Notes: generated from the sequence alone by a model not told the origin. A stretch of 64,000 nt of DNA from an uncultured Phycisphaerales bacterium (GCA_963772725.1 CAVYYI010000004.1:160001-224000), one strand, 5' to 3'; counted from the stretch's first letter, positions 28,028 through 37,885 are shown. Translations and numbers: made by a program.

Positions 28028-28399
28028 TTATTGTGCTGCTCTGCAAGCATCCAGACAGGATTCGCTGCAAAACAAGAGACCTTTCCATTTGAGGGCTTCT
28101 CCGTCTACTTCCTTTTTGCACCAGCTGCATCTGTTGCGGGCTGTCTCTCTGGCCTTTTCAAGGTCAATAATCTGAGGGTCTTCCCTGTTGATGTCATCAA
28201 AGATTATTAATCTCAGTCTGCCTTGCCAAATCTCGATGCCAACTGGAAAGCCTTCACCATCCATAGCACACTTTTCACCGTAGCCATCCGGCTGAATCCA
28301 TATTTGGCCGCCTTCGGATAAAATGTTTACCTTTATCTCGACAGGCGCAGAATCCGGACACTGCTCTTTGATGTTGATTGAATAAGTTTCTTTCGCCAT
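28028..28399 (-). CDS. Hypothetical protein with C-terminal CxxC...FCSxxC (TRASH-like) finger
   Basis: CSWC...FCSESC; GAAAGGA RBS. Confidence 0.75.
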   Translation of the reverse strand: MAKETYSINIKEQCPDSAPVEIKVNILSEGGQIWIQPDGYGEKCAMDGEGFPVGIEIWQGRLRLIIFDDINREDPQIIDLEKARETARNRCSWCKKEVDGEALKWKGLLFCSESCLDACRAAQ

Positions 28400-28414
28400 A
28401 AATTCTTCCTTTCG

Positions 28415-28585
28415 TTATTTACTATCTACAACTTCATAGCCAGTGATTTCGGTATCCAAAATATCAGCGGCAGTGGTCGTATCATTTACATGGTAATCAA
28501 ATTCGTTGACCACTTTTGAAATTTCAATACCTTCATCTACCGACATTACAATACGCATTTCCAATTTTATTGTTACCTTTCTCAT
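28415..28585 (-). CDS. Small acidic hypothetical protein (56 aa), not in the ORF track
   Basis: GGGAG RBS; MRKVTIKLEMRIVMSVDEGIEISKVVNELDYHVNDTTTAADILDTEITGYEVVDSK. Confidence 0.65.
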   Translation of the reverse strand: MRKVTIKLEMRIVMSVDEGIEISKVVNEFDYHVNDTTTAADILDTEITGYEVVDSK

Positions 28586-28620
28586 TTCTGTCTCCCGTAA
28601 AGAATAGTTAGCCTGACCTA

Positions 28621-28815
28621 CTACCAGCCATTACGCATAGTGTCCATATGAAGGACCGACCGCAATGTTGCTATCTGCTTATTTGTGTAATTCTTTTGCT
28701 TTAGATGCTCGACTATCCGCCTATTGCCAGGGGCGTTTTCGTTGTCTGCAAATTCACACAACATCGTTTCCGAAAACAGTTCATCCAATTCCTGCAGTGT
28801 TTCAATTGTTTCCAC
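28621..28815 (-). CDS. Hypothetical protein
   Basis: GAGGTG RBS before GTG ~28815, within ORF 28621-28866. Confidence 0.6.
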   Translation of the reverse strand: METIETLQELDELFSETMLCEFADNENAPGNRRIVEHLKQKNYTNKQIATLRSVLHMDTMRNGW

Positions 28816-28913
28816 TATTTTCACCTCACTTTCAATAAAAAGAGACATCTGTTTGTCTGTGTGCAAACAGATGTCATGGTTAATATAATGCTCCTGATCC
28901 TTGAGTTATGTGA

Positions 28914-29240
28914 CTAATCCCTGGGTATCCAACCGAGGTCTCTTAGCAGTTCATCTATGATTTTTATTTCATGGGCAAACTGCCTTGACTGCTCGCCGCC
29001 GACATCGATGCTTGTAAGCACATCTCCCAGCCGGTCAATGATTTCATCTTTGCTTACCATGGTCATATTGAACGGCTGATACTCATGTTCAGGCGCTTCG
29101 ATTGAATCACCCTTGAGGTTTTCAAACTGAACATCATCGCCGGCAACAAATTCCTGACACGTACATATAAATTTACCAGCAGCGTTTTTTTCATAGCTTT
29201 GCGTAACAAAGCCGACCGTCGTTTTTGTGAACTTTTCCAT
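28914..29240 (-). CDS. Hypothetical protein
   Basis: GAGGT RBS; 108-aa ORF. Confidence 0.7.
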   Translation of the reverse strand: MEKFTKTTVGFVTQSYEKNAAGKFICTCQEFVAGDDVQFENLKGDSIEAPEHEYQPFNMTMVSKDEIIDRLGDVLTSIDVGGEQSRQFAHEIKIIDELLRDLGWIPRD

Positions 29241-29258
29241 AGTGTTACCTCACTTTCT

Positions 29259-30062
29259 TTACGCAACTTCTTCCTTTATTAATAGATGAGTCTTTAGTAT
29301 CTCATCCAATACAAACCCAACGGTATTTATCACCGCAAGGCAAGCCCGCTCGATTGTCTTTTTGGATTTCTCGGCATAGTCTTTTACATACTCATACGAA
29401 AACCCAAGATTAGCCTCAGGACAATACATCTGCGCCAAGGTAGCTGCTGTAAGCTCAGCGATTATCTCCTGGCTCGGTACCTGACCGCCTTTAAGCTTGC
29501 CTTCAATGCGCTGGTGTGCGGCATGAGCAAGCTCGTGGAAAAATACCTTGGATTCATGTGATGCTAAAACTATTCTTTTTGAATCGCCCTGATAGTAGCC
29601 GTAATACCTGCTGGCAAAGGTTTGATAACTTACAGATAAACCGAACCGCTCAGCTACATCAGCAAGTGGCGGCGGTGTTGCAGGCTCATAAGGCAGAGGC
29701 TCACCATCCGTATCTTCAGCACGAAAAACTGGGATAGCGAAAAAACCCGCAACTATAACCTTTTCAGTTTCTGTGCCGTCATCATCGGTTTCAGTAATGG
29801 CTCTCGCTTTAGGCCCTAATATATGAAATGCCTTAGCGCCTTTTTTGACCTTTCGGCCCGCATTTTTCCACTGTCTAAAACCTCTGGCATCGGATGTGTC
29901 AGCTAAAAACTGCAATATACGATTGCTTATGCTCCATTTGGCCGAAGGGATATCATTTTGCGGCGGTATTGTTGCTACCGCTAACGCTTTTGGAATATTG
30001 CCTTCCTTGAACAAATCAACTATTCGCTGCAAACATACTTTTGCTTTTTCTGAATCATTCAT
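29259..30062 (-). CDS. ardC: ArdC-like antirestriction / ssDNA-binding protein with zincin domain
   Basis: WS..NR.L...RGFRQWK..GRKVKKG.KA..I N-domain; FFHELAH and EIIAE metallopeptidase motifs. Confidence 0.8.
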   Translation of the reverse strand: MNDSEKAKVCLQRIVDLFKEGNIPKALAVATIPPQNDIPSAKWSISNRILQFLADTSDARGFRQWKNAGRKVKKGAKAFHILGPKARAITETDDDGTETEKVIVAGFFAIPVFRAEDTDGEPLPYEPATPPPLADVAERFGLSVSYQTFASRYYGYYQGDSKRIVLASHESKVFFHELAHAAHQRIEGKLKGGQVPSQEIIAELTAATLAQMYCPEANLGFSYEYVKDYAEKSKKTIERACLAVINTVGFVLDEILKTHLLIKEEVA

Positions 30063-30148
30063 TTTTTTCACCTCTTTCAACTCATAAAAAACGGGTATCT
30101 GTTTGACAGCTAAAACAAACAGATACCCTGGTTAACATTTTCAAAACT

Positions 30149-30364
30149 TCAGTTATTCTTGCTAAGATCGATCTTTGTAACCTTACCACCTTGGTCGATT
30201 ACCTCAAGGACAGGAGCAAGTGAATCGGGGTCAGTCATTATCAGATGTGTCTTTTTGGCTGCATCTAAAGGACTGTCAGCTCCAACATCGATCACATAGA
30301 TAACACGATACAAATCCTTTTCCTTTGGCGGTGGCTCTATCTGTAAAACCTTTTTCTTTGCCAT
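30149..30364 (-). CDS. Hypothetical protein
   Basis: AAGGAG RBS before MAKKKVLQ. Confidence 0.65.
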   Translation of the reverse strand: MAKKKVLQIEPPPKEKDLYRVIYVIDVGADSPLDAAKKTHLIMTDPDSLAPVLEVIDQGGKVTKIDLSKNN

Positions 30365-30377
30365 AGTTTTCATCTCC

Positions 30378-31263
30378 TTAATCTTTGAACATCTCCGGCG
30401 CAATTTCTTCAAGCATCTTTGGCTTAAAGTGCAGGTCTCGCTCAATGGGTAATCCCATCGGGCCTCTGACTTCCTCAAGCTCGCTTAAAAGGAAGTACCC
30501 AAATTCGCGTTCATGGCCAAAAACCAAGCCAAAAAATTTGTAATCAATTTCGACACCAGACTCCGACAGAATCGGTTCGCCCTCGGTTGCCAGCCATGTC
30601 CAGCTTGAGCTCGGTGTGAAATATTTCACATAAACAACTGCCTTGCCTCCTTTTTCATCCTGGGAATATAACGGTGGCAACTGTTCACGAATTTCCTTCG
30701 GTAAAAGTTTCATACCCCTGATTTTGTCGTTGGAAATAACCTTCTTCGCCCGTTCAACGGCGCTTGTATCCGCTATTGCAACAGCATTCGTTTCAGGAAT
30801 TCCGCAGGCCGCTGCGATACCGCATAGGAAATTAGCCATATTTTCAGCCTGTTTTTTTCTGCTGAGTGGGTCGGATTCACAAGCTGGTATCGGCTGTGTT
30901 AAAATCTCAACCTGATCAGGCTCAAGCTCGATAACAACTCTGCCGTTGTCATCGCTGTAGTCGCTCAAAATATGGATATGTCGTATAATCATGCGGCGGC
31001 AGTCCTGCTGTCATGTCACCAACGTTGCCTTTCTGTAATTTTGAAAAGCCTTCCATATATTTTGCTGATTCTTCTGTATTTGCAGATTCGCCATCTCCGC
31101 GAAGTCTGACCTTCGCTCCACGAATGTCCCTGTGGAAGTTGCCTTCCAAGTCAAACACAACCTTTTCCTTAATGCCGGCAAATCTCATCCAGCCGGTAAC
31201 CTTCCCTGGCACAGTATTGTCCAGGACGCCTTCAATAAATTGTTCATTTGGTCTCCAAGCCAT
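30378..31263 (-). CDS. Hypothetical N-domain fused to DUF2958; 1-bp frameshift ~30965
   Basis: MAWRPNEQ... frame joins the frame ending KYFTPSSSWTWLATE...FGLV...EFGYF.LSELEEVRGPMGLPIERDLHF (DUF2958 pattern). Confidence 0.75.
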
Positions 31264-31364
31264 AATTTCACCTTTCCTTTCAATTGATAAGATGTGGTTA
31301 AAAACAAAAAGCACATCTCTCGACTTTGAAGAGATGTGCTTTGACGATTGATACTAAATTGATT

Positions 31365-32990
31365 CTAAGCAGATTCGGCAGGCGGATTTACCCTTTGTCT
31401 CCTGCCATCCTTGAAAACAATCTCAAGACTATTGTCTGAAAATATTGTAATCTTCTGCCATTTATCGTACAGCGGATACAGCTCTTTTATAAGCTGCTGT
31501 CTTACCGTTTCATACGGCCCTATAAGCTCGTTCCAGAATTCATCCAGCTCTTTCTCAAAGTAGGAAAGTTGGGTATCGAAACTGTCGCCTTCATCGCTGT
31601 AGCCGCCCAGATGAAACCATATATTCTCGGCGGATAAATGGTTCCTTGCTTCTTTGGTTACGTATACAGTTTCTTCCGACCATTGGTATTTACCTTTTGG
31701 CGGTTCTGTTATGACTGCCATATCAACATCGGAACTGAATGTTTTGCCATCGGATGTGTGGATTGTTATCGACAGCTTATCAAAACATGCTATCTCGCCG
31801 CAGTTGATCGAGTGCCGAAGTTTTTCCTTGCCTTTTATAACTTCAACTTTTGTTACTTTTGGCAGCTTTGTCCAACTGTAACCCATATAACAGCTACCAA
31901 TAGTCACAGGCACAAAGGGCTTATCTTTAAATTCTCCCAATGCTCCCAATAAATGGGCATTTGTCTCTGCCATATCGTTCTTGCAGTCTCCGTTAAAGCA
32001 CAGATAGCCGTCTTCGACTTTGAAATTCTTCGGTACTGCTATCTCAACAGGCTCGTTATATTCACCGCTGATAAGACCGACGCTGTACTGAGGCTCGGCT
32101 TCCGGCAACTCAATGCCGAGTTCCTTTGCACGGAGATACTCTTCATAGTGCAGCGTATGGGTTTTCTGCCTCTGGAAGTATTTGTAATACTCCAGTTCGA
32201 TGGCAGCCTTGAGTTGCTCGAAGGCTTGATTTTCCACCAGCCTTGTCCTCGCAGGGAGCATCAGGCGGATATTGGTTTGATCTGCAATATCCACCAGGAC
32301 TGTAATACCCTGCCTGTTCTTGCTTGGCCAGTAATCCAACTGCACAACCTGGCCATGGAAATTCACAAGCACTCTGCCGTGATAATAATTTGATGTCCAG
32401 TTACTGTGATATTTGGATAGTTCTTTTGTGGCTTCAATTTTGCAGCCTGGATTGTCATAATGCACAGCTTCGCTGCTGCAGAATGGCATCGAGTGGCAGT
32501 ACTTGCCATCCACAATGACCCTGATACCCGCGAATACAGCGTGTTTCTCAACAAGCTCCATATCCCACGGCTTTTCATCCCTAAATTTAACGATAGTTCC
32601 GGTTACCTCTTTCGGAATCTTCGTTACCTGCACCGGTCTTCCTGTCCATCCATCTTTATCGATAACGATTTGTCTGTCACCAGATGTAATCGTTACCTCT
32701 TTTGGTGCAAGACTGAAAAGTCCTACACCTGCAGGGTCTTCGCCTGCTTCAAGTTTCTCATCCCAGCCGCTGCCTCCTAAATCCAGCAGCTTCTGGAAAT
32801 CTTCAATGCCGCAGCCGTTGTCTTCAACGGTTACAAACCCATCCTTGTTTGAGATTCTCACCTCTGTGGAACCTGCTCTTCTTGCATTCTGCAGGATCTC
32901 AATGACCCTGCCCTCAGCAGTACCCAGAAAAAATCTGTCTGCTTTGGTTAACAACCTCGGATTTACTTTTGCACAAATTGTTTCTTGCAT
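31365..32990 (-). CDS. GHKL (HATPase_c-like) ATPase domain protein
   Basis: EILQNARRAG (N box), VEDNGCGI (G1), GVGLFS (G2), VTGT. Confidence 0.82.
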   Translation of the reverse strand: MQETICAKVNPRLLTKADRFFLGTAEGRVIEILQNARRAGSTEVRISNKDGFVTVEDNGCGIEDFQKLLDLGGSGWDEKLEAGEDPAGVGLFSLAPKEVTITSGDRQIVIDKDGWTGRPVQVTKIPKEVTGTIVKFRDEKPWDMELVEKHAVFAGIRVIVDGKYCHSMPFCSSEAVHYDNPGCKIEATKELSKYHSNWTSNYYHGRVLVNFHGQVVQLDYWPSKNRQGITVLVDIADQTNIRLMLPARTRLVENQAFEQLKAAIELEYYKYFQRQKTHTLHYEEYLRAKELGIELPEAEPQYSVGLISGEYNEPVEIAVPKNFKVEDGYLCFNGDCKNDMAETNAHLLGALGEFKDKPFVPVTIGSCYMGYSWTKLPKVTKVEVIKGKEKLRHSINCGEIACFDKLSITIHTSDGKTFSSDVDMAVITEPPKGKYQWSEETVYVTKEARNHLSAENIWFHLGGYSDEGDSFDTQLSYFEKELDEFWNELIGPYETVRQQLIKELYPLYDKWQKITIFSDNSLEIVFKDGRRQRVNPPAESA

Positions 32991-33347
32991 AGTTACACCT
33001 TTTCCTTTCGTTAAAAAGCGATGGCACGCTCTGCATAGTAGCGTGCCATCATGGTTAAAATTAGTTTCTTACAGATTGTTTAGAAATTACTCTCTCGTCG
33101 AGAGCTTACGTGCGAAATTACATTAGAGAACTATCTATTCAAAACCTTGGCTGGCCTCCGGCCAATCCGTGTTTCTCGTCGAGGAATCGCTTCATGATGA
33201 CTGCTTTTGCATCAGTGCTTTCATGTGCTAAAATCCTCTGGCAAGCTATTGTGTCCCGTGGGACGGCTTGCCTATGTTGAATAAATTTTTTGTGAGGATT
33301 AGCCAGTGGTAATACAATGGGGTTTATAAAATTAACGGTTTGCCGTT

Positions 33348-34565
33348 ATGTTGACAAATATCTATTTGTCTGTTATGCAGTCATCTATGAAGAAAAGACT
33401 TCGTATTAGTGGACTTGTAAAATTTGCGAACCGTGTCAGACATGATATTTCACGGCCTGTTTCGCATCAGCGATTGATACAATTACAAAAAGATGTCAAC
33501 GGCTGTTTTGAGAGTATTGGCCGGATATTAAAGGAAACGGGCTTGAAGCATGATTCACTGCCGGCACCTTCCCGTAAAGCTTATAAGTTTCTGAGTAATA
33601 TTGATTTTGATTCTATAGCAGCAGAAGAGACAGCTTTGACGAATGATCCGCCTCCAGGCAGTGTGTCATTTCCTGGCATGAGAAGCTACTTTAATCACAC
33701 TCTTGAACAACTGGCTCGAATTGACGGGGACTCACATATACAGAATATTTATGATTCTATTCGTTCTTCCAGCGAGAATATTGAAGGGGAAATTCAGGCC
33801 AAAAAGGTGAGACCGGAACAGCTTAAATCTCAATCACGTGCTATAAGAGGATGGATGACATATTTCGCCCAGCGGGAGAACTTTGATTCGTATATCACCG
33901 CTGTTAGGCAAGCGATGCCCATCTTCTCTGAAGCTGTAAACAACACAAGAAAACAAACGGTTCCGGTACGGGTTTATTTCCTGCCGATAAAAGGAGTGTA
34001 TCAGACCCGAAGCTATAAAAACCTGATCCTGGCGAAACTGCCGACGCCTATGATATGTTTTGACAGGGAAACTCTGCGGTTACTCGCTGAATGGATATTT
34101 CAAAAAGCTAATAATAAGCAATTGATCCTTGATACAATGCTGAGCGAACCTTATCAGGAAATACTTTCTGAACTTGACCTGTTAAGCGGTATTGTAGAAC
34201 ATGCTGAAGGGTTGCACCATAATCTTGCGGAATCCTTTGAGCGTGTCAATAACTCATATTTCAACGGCAGTATGAATCGTCCGCGTCTTGCCTGGAGCCA
34301 GACCTTTACATTTCGAAAGTTCGGCCATTATGACCAGACGCATGATACCGTGATGGTCAGCATGTCTCTGGACAGGATGGATGTGCCTGAATATGTGGTA
34401 GATTTTATTGTATACCATGAGCTATTGCATAAAAAACTCGGAAGCCGCTGGAGCAATGGCAGAAGTTTCAGCCATACCAGCGACTTTATCCGCAAAGAAA
34501 AACAGTTTCGGCAGTACAACGAGTCAAAGACTATTCTGAATAAACTGGCCCGTTCTTCTGGGTGA
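33348..34565 (+). CDS. Protein with C-terminal SprT/YgjP-like zincin metallopeptidase
   Basis: FERVN..YF...L.WS...KFGHY...VYHELLHK...H...F...E. Confidence 0.8.
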   Translation: MLTNIYLSVMQSSMKKRLRISGLVKFANRVRHDISRPVSHQRLIQLQKDVNGCFESIGRILKETGLKHDSLPAPSRKAYKFLSNIDFDSIAAEETALTNDPPPGSVSFPGMRSYFNHTLEQLARIDGDSHIQNIYDSIRSSSENIEGEIQAKKVRPEQLKSQSRAIRGWMTYFAQRENFDSYITAVRQAMPIFSEAVNNTRKQTVPVRVYFLPIKGVYQTRSYKNLILAKLPTPMICFDRETLRLLAEWIFQKANNKQLILDTMLSEPYQEILSELDLLSGIVEHAEGLHHNLAESFERVNNSYFNGSMNRPRLAWSQTFTFRKFGHYDQTHDTVMVSMSLDRMDVPEYVVDFIVYHELLHKKLGSRWSNGRSFSHTSDFIRKEKQFRQYNESKTILNKLARSSG

Positions 34566-34576
34566 AATCTTATCGA

Positions 34577-34861
34577 CTATTTCTCCGACATGTTTCGATT
34601 ATAAAGGCTGGATTGCCTTAACCGTTTCTGTTCCAATGTTCCAGGCGGAACCATACGAACATTTGTCAGGTTGGCCGTCTTAATTAGCTTATTTGCACAG
34701 TCCGGGTACTTGTACATAAATTCAACAGGTATGACTAAATCCTTGCTTTGATGACTCCGGTTTGACCTGATGGCTATGTCAGCCACCACCGCTATTAAAA
34801 CCACCACAAACAAAATCACAATCCATTTAGCTTTTTTCTTTTCCAAAGTGTTCCACCTCAT
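34577..34861 (-). CDS. Small membrane-anchored hypothetical protein
   Basis: Basic N-terminus plus one hydrophobic helix. Confidence 0.6.
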   Translation of the reverse strand: MRWNTLEKKKAKWIVILFVVVLIAVVADIAIRSNRSHQSKDLVIPVEFMYKYPDCANKLIKTANLTNVRMVPPGTLEQKRLRQSSLYNRNMSEK

Positions 34862-35132
34862 GAATCCTCAACATTGTTAAAGTTATAGGCTTGTATACCT
34901 AACAGAAAGAAAAAACTTTATAAACCTGCCGGTGTTTCTCCTGAGAGATTAACAAGCCTGGCCAAGCTGGATATTTGACACGTCATAATTTTGTATACCA
35001 GTATGATAAATACCCACTGCATTTGGGATGTGCGTCAAAAATACATCACCTCCGGCCGGGGCGTAGTGTATTTTTGAAGACTTTTTCGGGATTTTCGCAA
35101 GATTTATATAGTCTTGCGTATCCCCTCATCTT

Positions 35133-36356
35133 ATGAATGAAAAAGCCGATCCGTTCAAGAATAAGCAACGCTGGGAACAATGGAAAAAAGAGCTGAAGGT
35201 ATCCACACGCTTCGGCAATTCTCTCTCGGACATAAACAAGAAATTGATTCTCGAATACCTTCTTGACATGGAAGCCGGTTACAACGTTGCCAGAAAAGGC
35301 AAAATGAGCTACATAAGGCTCAATACACTTCGCCAGCGGATAATATGGGTTGTAAGCAATATAGGAATAGATGATATCACAAAAGCTACCAGACGCGAAT
35401 TGCTGGCCTTCTTTAACAAAATGGCCTCTGGTGAAATCAAACGCAATGATGGCAGGAAATATCGCTCCGTCACGGATTATATCAAGGTCTTCAAGGCCTT
35501 CTGGCATTGGTTCCAGAAAAGAGAGTTAGAGCACGACCGCATCGTTAAAGATATTACCATCGATCTGGCGGTAGATAGCGGTGACGAAAATGAGTTTATC
35601 TACTTCACTATAGATGAGCTAAGAAAGGTAATCAATCACTGCAAATATGAGTATCATGTTTACTTGTGGTTTCTGTTTGATTCCGGCATCAGGGCCCCGA
35701 CGGAGTTTATGAGCCTGAAAGTCGGAGATTTTCACTGGCTCAGCGATAGCAATCTTTTCGAACTCGATATAAAAGACAGTTATGCCAAAACCTTTGGCAG
35801 AAAAATCAAGCTCGTCTTATCGTCACAGATATTGAAAGAGTATCTGTCTAACAAAAAGCCCGAAGAATCTTTTTTCAACATAGACTGGAAGGCATTCTGT
35901 CAGTACATAAAACGCGTATTTGTTAATGTCCTCGGCGACAAGCCGACAAAAGGCGGTAAAAGTATACGCGAAATCAGGCCCTATGATTTTCGTCACAGTG
36001 CTGCCTGCTACTGGCGGTCAAGGTACAAAAACGTAAATGCTTACATGTACAGGTTTGGCTGGAAAGAAATGAGAATGGTAAATTATTACACCAAGTTCAT
36101 TGGTATGCAGGATACCATCAGCCAGGATGATCTGGTTATCGATTCTGAAGCCAAAAGCCGGCTTGAAAAAGAGCTGGAGCAGGAAAGGAAAACCAGGGCC
36201 CTTACGGAAGAGAGACTTATGGCCCAGGAAAAACAGTTCAATGATATGAACGCCAAATTCGAACAGATAAACCTATTTATGAACCATTTGTTCGAACACG
36301 ATCCTTCTCTGGCAAAAACCCTCGCAGAGAAAGCTAAAGCCCATAATCCCGGATAG
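35133..36356 (+). CDS. Tyrosine recombinase/integrase with C-terminal coiled coil
   Basis: DSGIRAPTE (R), AKT (K), YDFRHSA, RFGW...VNYY catalytic pattern. Confidence 0.88.
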   Translation: MNEKADPFKNKQRWEQWKKELKVSTRFGNSLSDINKKLILEYLLDMEAGYNVARKGKMSYIRLNTLRQRIIWVVSNIGIDDITKATRRELLAFFNKMASGEIKRNDGRKYRSVTDYIKVFKAFWHWFQKRELEHDRIVKDITIDLAVDSGDENEFIYFTIDELRKVINHCKYEYHVYLWFLFDSGIRAPTEFMSLKVGDFHWLSDSNLFELDIKDSYAKTFGRKIKLVLSSQILKEYLSNKKPEESFFNIDWKAFCQYIKRVFVNVLGDKPTKGGKSIREIRPYDFRHSAACYWRSRYKNVNAYMYRFGWKEMRMVNYYTKFIGMQDTISQDDLVIDSEAKSRLEKELEQERKTRALTEERLMAQEKQFNDMNAKFEQINLFMNHLFEHDPSLAKTLAEKAKAHNPG

Positions 36357-36627
36357 AGCTTATGGATGCCGTTCTCCGTAGGGAGCCCTAACGGACAAAC
36401 CAGTTTTTGACTGTTTTTATTTGGAGAACCCGATGGGTCAAAGATGCGGAACTCGAATATCGCGTTATAGCAATAAATAAAGCAGGCGTTGGTTCGCCGA
36501 GTAATACGGTGATGGTGGTTTTGTAAAATTGCATCATGGCACTGCAGGCTATTGTCCTTCATAGTTTTTTGTTGAAAGCATACCTGTTTTGCTTTATCTT
36601 AACTTTTAACAAAATTAAATATAGCAA

Positions 36628-36702
36628 GGCGATGAGGTTCGCCGAACAACCGCCTGTAAAAAAAGGATGATAACCTCTACCAGTAAAGGTAGAGGTTTTT
36701 TT
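36628..36702 (+). ncRNA. Fluoride riboswitch (crcB motif) with intrinsic terminator
   Basis: GGCGATGAGGTTCGCC...AACCGC...GATGATAACCTCTAC aptamer pattern; overlapping terminator AACCTCTACC-N6-GGTAGAGGTT-TTTTT. Confidence 0.9.
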
Positions 36703-36721
36703 GTTTTGAAAGGACAGGATT

Positions 36722-37885
36722 ATGAATGTTAAAGTTGATGCCGTTCCGCTAATTGTCGGCAGTTTGGTATTTCTGGCAAGTATTGTCTCTCTTAGAGCAG
36801 GGCTTTCTGTGGCCATTATAGAAATTCTTATCGGCACCGCAGCAGCTTATTTCGGTCTTCAGGCAGAAGATTGGATGTTATATATTGCCAGTTTTGGCGG
36901 CATCGTTCTTACCTTTCTGGCAGGGTCCGAAATAGACACTCATCTTATGAGGGAAAAATTTAAGGAAAGCTTCCTCATAGGCACTTCCTCTTTTCTGGTT
37001 CCTTTTGCGGGAGTTTTTCTTTACACTTTTTTTATAGCGCATTGGACATTACAGGCATCTCTTATCGCAGGAACTGCCCTTTCCACAACATCGCTTGCGG
37101 TCGTCTATTCGGTACTGGTGGAAACAGGTCTTTCAAGAACTGAAGTCGGCAAACTTCTTATGGCCGCCACTTTCGTTACTGATATGGGTACCGCCATTGC
37201 CCTGAGCGTCCTTTTCGCCAAACCTACCATCTACACCGCCGTTTTTCTTATCGTCTCGATTATTGTCATAGTATTCGCAACAAAATTTTCCCATCTTGTT
37301 TTTCACAGCCGCACTTTAAAAAATAAAGTTATTGAACCTGAGATAAAATATATTTTCGTGCTGTTGCTGCTGTTTATGTATTTTGCAAAGCTGGGTGACG
37401 GGCACGCTGTCCTGCCCGCGTTTTTTCTCGGATTGATGATGTCAGGCCACTTCAAGGAGACATCTGAAACAAAAGTTGTCAGAAACCGCCTGCGAACCGT
37501 TGCTTATGCTTTCATTACGCCGATATTTTTTATCGTCGGCGGCTTAAAGGTTTCAGTTCCGATGATTATCGCAGCGTTCGGCCTTTTTGCGATTCTTTTC
37601 ATTCTCAAAATTGCTGCAAAATTTCTTGGCGTTTATTTCCTTGCCAAAAAATACATCCCTCACGGCAGTATGTACACAACTCTTCTTATGAGTACCGGCC
37701 TTACATTTGGAACGATATCGAGCGTATTCGGCCTGACAGCAGGCATCATTAATCAGACGCAATATTCGATTCTTGTAGGAGTGGTCATAGCAAGCGCTGT
37801 TATACCAACGTTTATCGCACAGAAGTGGTTTATGCCGGTCGAAGAGGAAGACCTTGTTGATTTGGAAAACGGCGGAAATAAATAG
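36722..37885 (+). CDS. Cation:proton antiporter (CPA/Na+-H+ exchanger family)
   Basis: About 12 TM helices; FLAGSEID, ALSTTSLAVV, FVTD, TPIFFI.GG motifs. Confidence 0.9.
   Translation: MNVKVDAVPLIVGSLVFLASIVSLRAGLSVAIIEILIGTAAAYFGLQAEDWMLYIASFGGIVLTFLAGSEIDTHLMREKFKESFLIGTSSFLVPFAGVFLYTFFIAHWTLQASLIAGTALSTTSLAVVYSVLVETGLSRTEVGKLLMAATFVTDMGTAIALSVLFAKPTIYTAVFLIVSIIVIVFATKFSHLVFHSRTLKNKVIEPEIKYIFVLLLLFMYFAKLGDGHAVLPAFFLGLMMSGHFKETSETKVVRNRLRTVAYAFITPIFFIVGGLKVSVPMIIAAFGLFAILFILKIAAKFLGVYFLAKKYIPHGSMYTTLLMSTGLTFGTISSVFGLTAGIINQTQYSILVGVVIASAVIPTFIAQKWFMPVEEEDLVDLENGGNK

Noticed and set aside
23092..32990. Prophage interpretation of the small-gene array
   Set aside because: No recognisable terminase, capsid, portal, tail or lysis genes; ardC and DUF2958 point to an ICE or plasmid origin.
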